A program made the position numbers and the translations under genes. DNA of 64,000 nt from an uncultured Planctomycetales bacterium (lineage in GTDB: Bacteria; Omnitrophota; Gorgyraeia; Gygaellales; JAHJCI01). Shown one piece after another: positions 56,748-64,000 of the stretch (positions are counted from its first letter, which is position 1; the number at the start of each line of letters is the position of its first letter). Location: the NCBI GenBank assembly GCA_964592485.1, contig CAZQEY010000003.1, positions 12,218-76,217 on the forward strand. Direction: 5' to 3'. The notes beneath the pieces are model-generated. The model made no database searches, was not told the DNA's origin, and worked only from the letters and a program-made list of their open reading frames with translations.

Positions 56748-58423
56748 GTGCAAATTTATCTTCACTATTTAAGCTTGATTATCTAAACAGCTTCGTTGTT
56801 CTGGCAATATTTGTTTTCTCTGTTTTGGTTATAATTTATTCTCTAAGATTTATGAGGGGGAAGTCTGGTCTGTTTCAATATTATCTTTGGATAATTTTAA
56901 CTGCGCTTGCCTCAATAGGTACGGTATTAGCGAATAATCTAATCCTGCTTTTGGTCTTCTGGGGTTTTCTTGGTCTTAGCTTATACTTACTTATCAATAT
57001 GGGTGATAAAGATAGCAATCAGGTGGCCAAGAAGACCTTTATTATTATCGGCGGCTCAGATTGTTTAATGCTTCTGGGGATTGCAATTATCTATCATTTA
57101 ACCGGTACATTTCAGATGGATAAGGTTCATCTGGCGGTTAGTGGCTCAGGGTTGACAGTATTGGCTTTTTTATGCTTAGCCATAGCCTGCTTTGCCAAGG
57201 CAGGGGCAATGCCGTTTCATTCCTGGGTTCCTGATTGCGCTGAGTCAGCACCCCTTCCAGTAGTAGCATTCCTACCCGCCTCTTTAGATAAACTTTTAGG
57301 AATCTATCTATTGGCGCGCGTCTGTTTAAATCTATTCGTGATGAATCAGGCAATGAATATATTACTGATGTTGATTGGTGCCTTTACTATTGTGGCAGCA
57401 GTAATGATGGCTTTGGTGCAGCATAATCTTAAAAGATTATTGGGGTATCACGCTGTATCTCAGGTGGGCTATATGGTTTTGGGCATTGGTACAGGTATAC
57501 CTATTGGCATTGCCGGCGGGATATTTCATATGCTCAACAACACTATATATAAATCTTGTTTATTTTTAAGCGGCGGTAATGTTGAGAGTAAGACAAATGC
57601 ATCTGAACTTAACCAACTTGGCGGCTTAGCCAAGATAATGCCGGTTACTTATCTATCCTGTTTGATTGCCAGTCTTTCTATATCAGGAGTTCCTCCATTT
57701 AATGGTTTTGTTTCCAAATGGATGGTTTATCAAGGGTTGATTTCTAAACTACAGGTTACAAGTTACGGGTTAAAAATTACAAGTATTTTATGTCTTGTGG
57801 CAGCAATGATTGGTTCAGCCCTGACCTTAGCCAGCTTTATGAAGTTAATTCATGCTACATTCCTTGGTCAGCGCAAAAATACAGTGGTATCAGAACGTCG
57901 CAGCGAAGTTTCTTGGACAATGTGGCTTCCCTGTCTGATATTGGCAGGCATCTGTGTGCTATTCGGCGTCTTTGCTTACCAGATTCCCTTAAGGCATTTC
58001 ATTCTTCCCTCCCTAATCCCTAACTACTATCTACAACCTACTGAATTTTTAGGCTTCTGGTCTCCTGGTTTAGCCACCATGTTGATAATTGTCGGACTAA
58101 TATTGGGTCTAATTATATTTAAATTAAGTAAGTTAAAATTGTCAATTCGTGAGGATGCACCCTTTATTGGCGGCGAGACAGCAGTATTGGAGCAAAGTAG
58201 GGTTTCCGGAACAGAGTTTTACAATACAGTAAAAGAAATAAATATCCTGAGCAAAATCTATAAGCTTGCTGAAGGCAAATTCTTTGATATATATGACCAA
58301 GGCCAAAGAATGGTCTTTGGGCTGACAGGTATTTTACGTAATCTGCATAATGGAGTCCTGCCCACATATATGGTCTGGTGTCTTCTGGGAATGATGGTGA
58401 TGTTTTTTCTAATAAGCAGATAA
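56744..58423 (+). CDS. Antiporter-like proton-translocating subunit (NuoL/MnhA/HyfB-like)
   Basis: KAGAMPFHSWVPD, KRLLGYHAVSQVGY, FHMLN, GGL and GVPPFNGFVSKW. Confidence 0.9.
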   Translation: MSANLSSLFKLDYLNSFVVLAIFVFSVLVIIYSLRFMRGKSGLFQYYLWIILTALASIGTVLANNLILLLVFWGFLGLSLYLLINMGDKDSNQVAKKTFIIIGGSDCLMLLGIAIIYHLTGTFQMDKVHLAVSGSGLTVLAFLCLAIACFAKAGAMPFHSWVPDCAESAPLPVVAFLPASLDKLLGIYLLARVCLNLFVMNQAMNILLMLIGAFTIVAAVMMALVQHNLKRLLGYHAVSQVGYMVLGIGTGIPIGIAGGIFHMLNNTIYKSCLFLSGGNVESKTNASELNQLGGLAKIMPVTYLSCLIASLSISGVPPFNGFVSKWMVYQGLISKLQVTSYGLKITSILCLVAAMIGSALTLASFMKLIHATFLGQRKNTVVSERRSEVSWTMWLPCLILAGICVLFGVFAYQIPLRHFILPSLIPNYYLQPTEFLGFWSPGLATMLIIVGLILGLIIFKLSKLKLSIREDAPFIGGETAVLEQSRVSGTEFYNTVKEINILSKIYKLAEGKFFDIYDQGQRMVFGLTGILRNLHNGVLPTYMVWCLLGMMVMFFLISR

Positions 58424-58587
58424 CTTACGGAGCTCTGAAAGAGCGACGTAAGTTATAGCCCCTAGATATACTCAGGGCGTCTGCGAATTAGACCCCGCAC
58501 CTTTCTACTGCGTAGAGACACTTCGTAGCAAAAAGGTGCGGGGTAAGTTCGACCGACAAACTTACGTTCACTTAGTTCCGTAAGTTT
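58422..58587. repeat. Composite intergenic palindromic cluster
   Basis: AACTTACG..CGTAAGTT at 58422-58454 and 58558-58587 flank ACCCCGCACCTTT..AAAGGTGCGGGGT (58492-58544). Confidence 0.8.
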
Positions 58588-58600
58588 GGGTCTCACTTAG

Positions 58601-59122
58601 ATGATAGAACTGCATTTATTGTTATTATTTATGATTGTTGCTGCGATAATTGCCGTTGAGGTTAAGGATTTGATATCCAGTGTCGTGGCAGTGGGAGCAG
58701 TTGGTCTGGGGCTTTCCTTGGCATTTCTAATCTTGAAGGCACCTGACCTAGCAATCACCCAGTTGGTAGTAGAGATACTCTGCCTGATTATTCTTATCCG
58801 TGCCACCATAAAAAGGGATATACCTTTGATAAGGGATGGGCGCTGGCATTTTAACACAATTTCTACATTAGTGTTTATTGCTGTATTTTTAAGTCTTGCG
58901 TATATTGCCTTGAAGGATTTACCAGTATTTGGTCAGCCTCTGCTTAGGGTGGCAAGAAATTATCTAAAAGACGGCCTAGCTAAAACCGGCGCTACAAATC
59001 TTGTCTCATCAGTAATCTTAGATTTCCGCGCCTATGATACCTTGGGTGAGGCAACGGTATTATTCACTGCGGTAATGGGCGTCTTGGTAGTAATGCGCAA
59101 AATAGGAAGGAAAAAGGAATAG
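58601..59122 (+). CDS. DUF4040/MbhD-MbhE-like membrane subunit (MnhA C-terminal equivalent)
   Basis: KAPDLAITQ..VE and TGATNLVSSVILDFRAYDTLGEATVLF. Confidence 0.88.
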   Translation: MIELHLLLLFMIVAAIIAVEVKDLISSVVAVGAVGLGLSLAFLILKAPDLAITQLVVEILCLIILIRATIKRDIPLIRDGRWHFNTISTLVFIAVFLSLAYIALKDLPVFGQPLLRVARNYLKDGLAKTGATNLVSSVILDFRAYDTLGEATVLFTAVMGVLVVMRKIGRKKE

Positions 59123-59566
59123 ATGAAGGGTAAGCAATCCGGGATGACATTAATTGTTAAGACAATCACGCGACTGACTGTAGGATTAATATTACTCTAT
59201 GGAATCTACATTGTCTTACACGGACATCTTTCTCCTGGCGGAGGATTCCCTGGTGGCGTAATTATTGCCTTATCCTTTATCCATCTGATGCTTGCCTTTG
59301 GCAAGGATACTGCTTTGCAGAGATTGAACCAGGTACGCGCCTCATTTTTTGAGAGCCTGGGGGCAATAATGTTTTTATCAATCGCTATTCTCGGTTTCAC
59401 GGGAGGGTATTTTTTCTGGAATTTCTTAATCAAGGGCGAACCCTTTAATCTCTTCAGTGCCGGAACAATACCCTTATATAATATTGCCATATGCTTTAAG
59501 GTAGGAGCAGGGTTATTCCTTATCTTTGTGGCTTTAGTGGTTTTAAATAATCAGGAAGAGAAATGA
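59123..59566 (+). CDS. mnhB: Mrp/Mnh subunit B
   Basis: HGHLSPGGGFPGG. Confidence 0.88.
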   Translation: MKGKQSGMTLIVKTITRLTVGLILLYGIYIVLHGHLSPGGGFPGGVIIALSFIHLMLAFGKDTALQRLNQVRASFFESLGAIMFLSIAILGFTGGYFFWNFLIKGEPFNLFSAGTIPLYNIAICFKVGAGLFLIFVALVVLNNQEEK

Positions 59567-59616
59567 TGCTTCAACTTTGCTCAGCATCATGGTGAGCGAG
59601 TGAAGCGAGTCGAACT

Positions 59617-59955
59617 ATGAGTATATATTTTCTGTGTTTAGTACTTTTCTGCATCGGCCTTTACTGCATATTAAGAAAGAGAAACCTGATTAAGATTATC
59701 ATTGGTTTAGGTATTATCGAGTATGCGGTAAATCTATTTTTTATCTTACTCGGTTACCAAATGCATGGTCGTGCACCGATATTATCTAAGAGTGAGGAAG
59801 TCCTAAATATGGTTGATCCCTTGGTCCAGGCTCTGGTGCTTACTGCTATTGTCATTGGTCTGGCAACCACAGCTTTAATTGTCTCTATTGCCATAAGAAT
59901 CTATGATAAATACGGGACTTTTGATATTACCAAGATTAGGAAGCTTAAAGGATAA
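59617..59955 (+). CDS. mnhC: Mrp/Mnh subunit C
   Basis: NLIKIIIGL and DPLVQALVLTAIVIG. Confidence 0.92.
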   Translation: MSIYFLCLVLFCIGLYCILRKRNLIKIIIGLGIIEYAVNLFFILLGYQMHGRAPILSKSEEVLNMVDPLVQALVLTAIVIGLATTALIVSIAIRIYDKYGTFDITKIRKLKG

Positions 59956-60024
59956 GTGTTAAGGTATTGGGGGTGTTAAGGTGTTGGAGGTGCGCCTCTG
60001 TCCTTAATACCTTAAAACCTAAAA

Positions 60025-61515
60025 ATGTTACCTTTATTTATAATCATTCCCTTAGCAGCGGCATTTATCATTTCGCTGATTGGCAGGCTGTACCGGCGTG
60101 CAGGAGATATCCTTGTTAATTTAGCGAGCCTAGCACTCTTAGTATTATCTTTTCTTGCCCTCCTAACCCTAAACTCCCAACCCTCAGCTGTATTGGTCTA
60201 CAAAGTAGGTAGCTGGATTCCCCCTATCGGAATCTGTATGGTTTTAGATGGCCTTACCGCATTTATGTTAGTGACTCTGAATCTTGTCTCTTTTCTTGTA
60301 ACTATTTATTCCGTAAGTTATATGAATAAATATACCGCCAAATATAGATTCTATACCTTGTTTATGCTGATGCTTGCCGGTATGAACGGCGTAATTATTA
60401 CCGGCGATATGTTTAATCTGTTTGTTTTTCTGGAGATTTCTGCCATTGCCAGTTATGCTCTGGTTGCCTTTGGCACAGAAGCCGAAGAATTAGAAGCCTC
60501 GTTTAAATATGCAATCATGGGTTCAGTTGCCTCCTGCTTTATTCTTTTAGGCATTGCCCTTCTATATAGTTACACCTCATCCTTAAACATGGCAGATATT
60601 GCCTCGGTTTTAGCAACCAAGAGGCCTTCTAATATCATTACCTTTATCAGCGTTTTATTTTTAATGGGCTTTGGCTTAAAGGCAGCGCTGGTGCCTTTTC
60701 ACGCCTGGCTCCCTGATGCGCATCCCTCTGCGCCCGCACCGATTTCAGCAATGCTCTCAGGAGTACTTATAAAGGTATTAGGCATCTATGCGCTGAGCAG
60801 GGTCTTCTTTAATGTATTAGGAGTTTCTTCCACGCTGCTTTTTATTTTGATAATCTTGGGTATTATTTCTATGAGCGTAGGCGCTTTCTTGGCAATTGGG
60901 CAGAGGGACATTAAGAGAATGCTTGCTTATTCAAGCATCAGTCAGATTGGTTATGTCATTTTTGCTGTTGGTATCGGAACACCCTTAGCAATGTTGGGAG
61001 GATTATTCCATTTGTTCAATCACGCTATATTTAAGTCTCTGCTATTCTTGAATTCAGGAGCAGTGGAGTATTCTACCCATACGAGGGATTTACAGCAGAT
61101 GGGTGGATTGAATAGACGCCTGCCAGTTACCGGCAACACCAGCCTCATTGGTTCAATGTCAATATCCGGCATTCCCCCGCTTAGCGGATTCTGGAGTAAA
61201 TTAATAATCATTATTGCTGCAGTTCAGGCAAGATATATCGGCACTGCGGTTATTGCCGTATTAATAAGTGTATTAACCCTGGCTTACTATCTGAAACTGC
61301 AAAGGTATGCCTTCTTTGGTGAATTGAATAACAAGTGGGAGAGGATAAAAGAGGTACCACTTTTCATGAAGCTATCGATGATTATCTTATCAGTCTTGTG
61401 TATAATTGCGGGACTGGTTTTAATTCCTTCTCTGCAGGGATTTATCAATCAGGCAGTAGATGTTTTATTAAGCGGAAGAGATTATGCTGGTATTGTTTTG
61501 GGAGCAGTGCAATGA
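60025..61515 (+). CDS. mnhD: Mrp/Mnh subunit D
   Basis: W.PPIGI, TGD.FNLFVFLEI, KAALVPFHAWLPDAH, KRMLAYSSISQIGY and GIPPLSGFWSK. Confidence 0.9.
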   Translation: MLPLFIIIPLAAAFIISLIGRLYRRAGDILVNLASLALLVLSFLALLTLNSQPSAVLVYKVGSWIPPIGICMVLDGLTAFMLVTLNLVSFLVTIYSVSYMNKYTAKYRFYTLFMLMLAGMNGVIITGDMFNLFVFLEISAIASYALVAFGTEAEELEASFKYAIMGSVASCFILLGIALLYSYTSSLNMADIASVLATKRPSNIITFISVLFLMGFGLKAALVPFHAWLPDAHPSAPAPISAMLSGVLIKVLGIYALSRVFFNVLGVSSTLLFILIILGIISMSVGAFLAIGQRDIKRMLAYSSISQIGYVIFAVGIGTPLAMLGGLFHLFNHAIFKSLLFLNSGAVEYSTHTRDLQQMGGLNRRLPVTGNTSLIGSMSISGIPPLSGFWSKLIIIIAAVQARYIGTAVIAVLISVLTLAYYLKLQRYAFFGELNNKWERIKEVPLFMKLSMIILSVLCIIAGLVLIPSLQGFINQAVDVLLSGRDYAGIVLGAVQ

Positions 61516-62009
61516 ATAAAAGTAGGATAATTTTGTTCTTACTTGGTCTGTTAATCTGGTTAGGTTTATGTTGGCCTGTTGACTGGCAGCATCTGGTGAT
61601 AGGTATTTTTGTAGCTGGATTTGTTTCATTTATGACCGGAGATTTGTTTGTAAAAAGGCCGCATGTATTTAAGCACGCCAGCCGCTATCTCTGGTTTATT
61701 CTGTACCTGCCCTTTTTCATCTGGGAGTGTTTTAAGGCAAACATTGATGTAGCCTATAGAGTCATCCACCCAAATCGGCCTATTAATCCGGGGATTGTTA
61801 AAGTGAAAACTTCTCTTAAGTCTGATGCTGCGCTTACATTTCTGGCTAATTCAATTACTTTAACACCCGGCACATTAAGTGTTGATATAGATGAAGAGGC
61901 AGGATTCTTATATATTCACTGGATTAATGTAGAGGATAAGGATATAGACAAGGCAAGCAAACTTATTGTACAGAGATTTGAGCCAATACTGAGGAGAATC
62001 TTTGAGTGA
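61512..62009 (+). CDS. mnhE: Mrp/Mnh subunit E
   Basis: KANIDVA, LANSITLTPGT and LYIHW. ATG 61512 overlaps the upstream TGA. Confidence 0.92.
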   Translation: MNKSRIILFLLGLLIWLGLCWPVDWQHLVIGIFVAGFVSFMTGDLFVKRPHVFKHASRYLWFILYLPFFIWECFKANIDVAYRVIHPNRPINPGIVKVKTSLKSDAALTFLANSITLTPGTLSVDIDEEAGFLYIHWINVEDKDIDKASKLIVQRFEPILRRIFE

Positions 62010-62376
62010 TTTTGTTATGAGACAGATACGCTGGATACTCGGACTTATAGTTGTTATTGCTATTCTATGGATAGTTATGTTATATCCTCTTACTTCTCTC
62101 TTAGAATGGCAGTCCCCTTTTTTAGGCAGGTGCTTTAATATTCTTATGCTTTGTGGCCTGTTTTGCCTCTGGCGTATTTTAAGGGGGCCTACCGCGGCAG
62201 ACCGGATTGTCGCTATTGATATTTTGGGTATTTTGATTTTAGGCTTTTGTGCAATATTAGGCATCCCTACAGGCAGAGAATGGTATATTGATATTGGTAT
62301 TGCCTGGGCACTGCAGAGTTTCATCTCCACCTTAGCCTTGGCAAAATATCTGGAGGGTAGAAACTTCGATGAATGA
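62002..62376 (+). CDS. mnhF: Mrp/Mnh subunit F
   Basis: RILRGPTAADRIVAID and FISTLALAKYL. Confidence 0.9.
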   Translation: MSDFVMRQIRWILGLIVVIAILWIVMLYPLTSLLEWQSPFLGRCFNILMLCGLFCLWRILRGPTAADRIVAIDILGILILGFCAILGIPTGREWYIDIGIAWALQSFISTLALAKYLEGRNFDE

Positions 62377-62695
62377 GTTATTTGCATATATCTTTATAGC
62401 CATCGGCTTGAGTTTCGATTTCTTTGGCTGTCTGGGCTTAATTAGATTACCCGATGTGTATAATCGACTGCAGGCAGCAACTAAATGCGTTACTCTGGGG
62501 ACCTGTAGTATTCTGTTTGGTTTGCTTCTATTTAAGGGATTTTCTGCTGCAGGTATAAAGGCAATTCTTTGTATAATGTTTATTATCTTAACCTCACCAG
62601 TTGCAGCCCATGCGCTGGCCCGCGGCGCACACAAATCGGGTGTTAAGCTTTGGGAAAACAGTGTGTGCGACAAATATGAGGAAGACAATAAATGA
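62369..62695 (+). CDS. mnhG: Mrp/Mnh subunit G
   Basis: GLIRLPDVYNRLQAATK and LTSPVAAHALAR. Confidence 0.92.
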   Translation: MNELFAYIFIAIGLSFDFFGCLGLIRLPDVYNRLQAATKCVTLGTCSILFGLLLFKGFSAAGIKAILCIMFIILTSPVAAHALARGAHKSGVKLWENSVCDKYEEDNK

Positions 62696-63327
62696 GGTAT
62701 CCAAAATTAAGAGAACTGAAAGAGGCGATTAGGGCATTCATCAAAGGCCCCTATACTACCAAATTCCCACGTGAGCCCCACGTTCCTTTTGAGGCATTCC
62801 GGGGAAAACCCGAATTTCACAAGGAAGATTGTATTGGTTGTGGAGCATGCGTGCAGGTCTGCCCTAGCGGCGCATTGAGCTTTAAGGATACAGGGGATAA
62901 AAGGATTTTGCAGATACGTTGGGATATTTGCATATTCTGTGGGCAATGTCAGGCAAATTGCCCCACTGAAAAAGGGATAGTCCTTTCTAAAGAATTTGAC
63001 CTTGCCACAACTGAGAAGCGAGAGGAGTTAAGGCAGGAGATTGACAAAGAATTGGTGTTCTGCCAATGCTGTGGTGAGATAATTGCTCCTTATGACCAGA
63101 TACTCTGGGTAGCAAAAAAATTAGGTCCATTGACCTACTCTAATCCCTCCCTGATGCTCTTTTATCTTAAGAGCCAGAAACTTTCTTCTGAGGAATCAGC
63201 CGTCTCGCCTTTGGCGGGGGGTACCGCCGGAGGTGACAGGGCCAAGCCAGAGGAGGAATTTTTACGTGCTGACCGAATAAAGATTCTCTGCCCTCGTTGT
63301 AGACGCGAGGCAGTGATTAAGTCATAA
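62692..63327 (+). CDS. NuoI/HycF-like 2x[4Fe-4S] subunit
   Basis: YT.KFP, FRGKP, CIGCGACVQVCP, CIFCGQCQANCP, plus CQCC and CPRC. Confidence 0.9.
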   Translation: MRYPKLRELKEAIRAFIKGPYTTKFPREPHVPFEAFRGKPEFHKEDCIGCGACVQVCPSGALSFKDTGDKRILQIRWDICIFCGQCQANCPTEKGIVLSKEFDLATTEKREELRQEIDKELVFCQCCGEIIAPYDQILWVAKKLGPLTYSNPSLMLFYLKSQKLSSEESAVSPLAGGTAGGDRAKPEEEFLRADRIKILCPRCRREAVIKS

Positions 63328-63359
63328 TCTAAACAACATAATATGGTATAATATATACT

Positions 63360-63707
63360 ATGAGCGGCAGACGAATCATCCTTTGTTTTCTGCTTATTTT
63401 TTCTTTTCTTATTGGTTGTAGTAGAAAACAAGAGAGTCTCGAACAAGATTCAGAATCTTCATCTGTTGAGCTCACTCTACCTCAAATACCAAAGCTCGCC
63501 GGACCATATAAACCAACAAACAAGGATATCCAGATTGCTTTGCAGAATGCTGGATTCTATAAAGGTGATATTGATGGCAATATCGGATTTTTGACCAGAA
63601 AGGCAATTCGAGAATTTCAGGCAGAAAACAATTTAGTTGTTGACGGCAAGGTTGGACCAAAGACTTGGTCAGTATTGAGTAAATACCTGTTGGACTCAAA
63701 GGAGTAG
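63360..63707 (+). CDS. Peptidoglycan-binding domain lipoprotein
   Basis: Lipobox LIGC, then IQIAL...G.IDG.IG..T..AI..FQ....L.VDGKVGPKTW. Confidence 0.9.
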   Translation: MSGRRIILCFLLIFSFLIGCSRKQESLEQDSESSSVELTLPQIPKLAGPYKPTNKDIQIALQNAGFYKGDIDGNIGFLTRKAIREFQAENNLVVDGKVGPKTWSVLSKYLLDSKE

Positions 63708-63768
63708 CCAGGGAAGAGTAGCCAGGGAAGAGTAGCCAGGGATGAGGTAATCCTAATCCCTGGCTACT
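63702..63768. repeat. 14-bp tandem repeat x3 plus an inverted copy (possible terminator-like hairpin)
   Basis: GAGTAGCCAGGGA(A) three times, then TCCCTGGCTACT at 63757-63768. Confidence 0.8.
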
Positions 63769-63789
63769 AATCAGTCAAGGAATTTAATT

Positions 63790-64000
63790 ATGAGACGAAT
63801 ATTAATTATTGCATTCTCCCGAATGAAGTTATTTTTTAAGAGACGCTTCGGGATCCCGCGGAGTATCTTCGTAGCGATACTGCTTGCGGGGTTGGGTTAT
63901 TGGATTTTAGGGTTGGCAGGTTGCGCCTATATCAAAGAGACGGTCAAGCAATTCCTGGCAGTCTCTACTAAAGAGATCGAGGAAGTAAGAGACCAAGCAA
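63790..64000 (+). CDS. Probable lipoprotein, 3'-truncated by the window edge
   Basis: Own translation: MRRILIIAFSRMKLFFKRRFGIPRSIFVAILLAGLGYWILGLAGC-AYIKETVKQ..., open to the end of the window. AAGGA RBS and LAGC lipobox. Confidence 0.65.
   Translation, partial: MRRILIIAFSRMKLFFKRRFGIPRSIFVAILLAGLGYWILGLAGCAYIKETVKQFLAVSTKEIEEVRDQA

Noticed and set aside
311-63699. Numerous short minus-strand and alternate-frame ORFs in the ORF track
   Set aside because: They overlap well-supported + strand genes, show no recognisable motifs and look like shadow ORFs.
63702-63742. CRISPR-like repeats
   Set aside because: The units are 14 bp, directly adjacent, with no spacers.

Overview
The window looks like chromosomal DNA from an anaerobic bacterium, most plausibly Candidatus Omnitrophota (OP3). 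That assignment is an inference from the giant multi-enzyme ORF, the group 4 NiFe-hydrogenase/Mrp operon and the overall gene content. Every credible gene is on the + strand. (1) Bases 1-24552 are the 3' part of a giant ORF (at least 8183 aa, frame open at base 1). It strings together more than 20 recognisable, mostly cytoplasmic-type domains: several SAM methyltransferases, HAD, radical SAM, cysteine hydrolase, papain/transglutaminase folds, TPR, an LspA-like membrane domain, nitrilase, kinases, XRE HTHs, alanine dehydrogenase and UPF0489. Recurring scaffold elements separate them (a winged-helix + RAPP module, an HYSxG linker and a repeated 72-bp linker). (2) A small array of duplicated 4-TM genes follows, each behind a repeated hairpin leader. 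(3) A PilZ-led glycan locus encodes a GH94 phosphorylase, CBMs, a sugar ABC transporter, two clan GH-A hydrolases and LacI. (4) nrdJ (with NrdR boxes), apgM, nadE, Lrp, an aminotransferase and glnA come next. (5) A Rex-headed operon encodes an AsrAB/HydBG-like module, a group 4 NiFe hydrogenase, a PhoU-domain protein and Mrp/Mnh subunits. From about 29.5 kb onward there are many short palindromic elements of at least four families, often nested and sometimes in-frame inside genes, plus 7-9 nt periodic repeats that encode signal peptides and loops. No rRNA, tRNA, CRISPR array or transposase was recognised. Domain boundaries are approximate and were assigned by eye.
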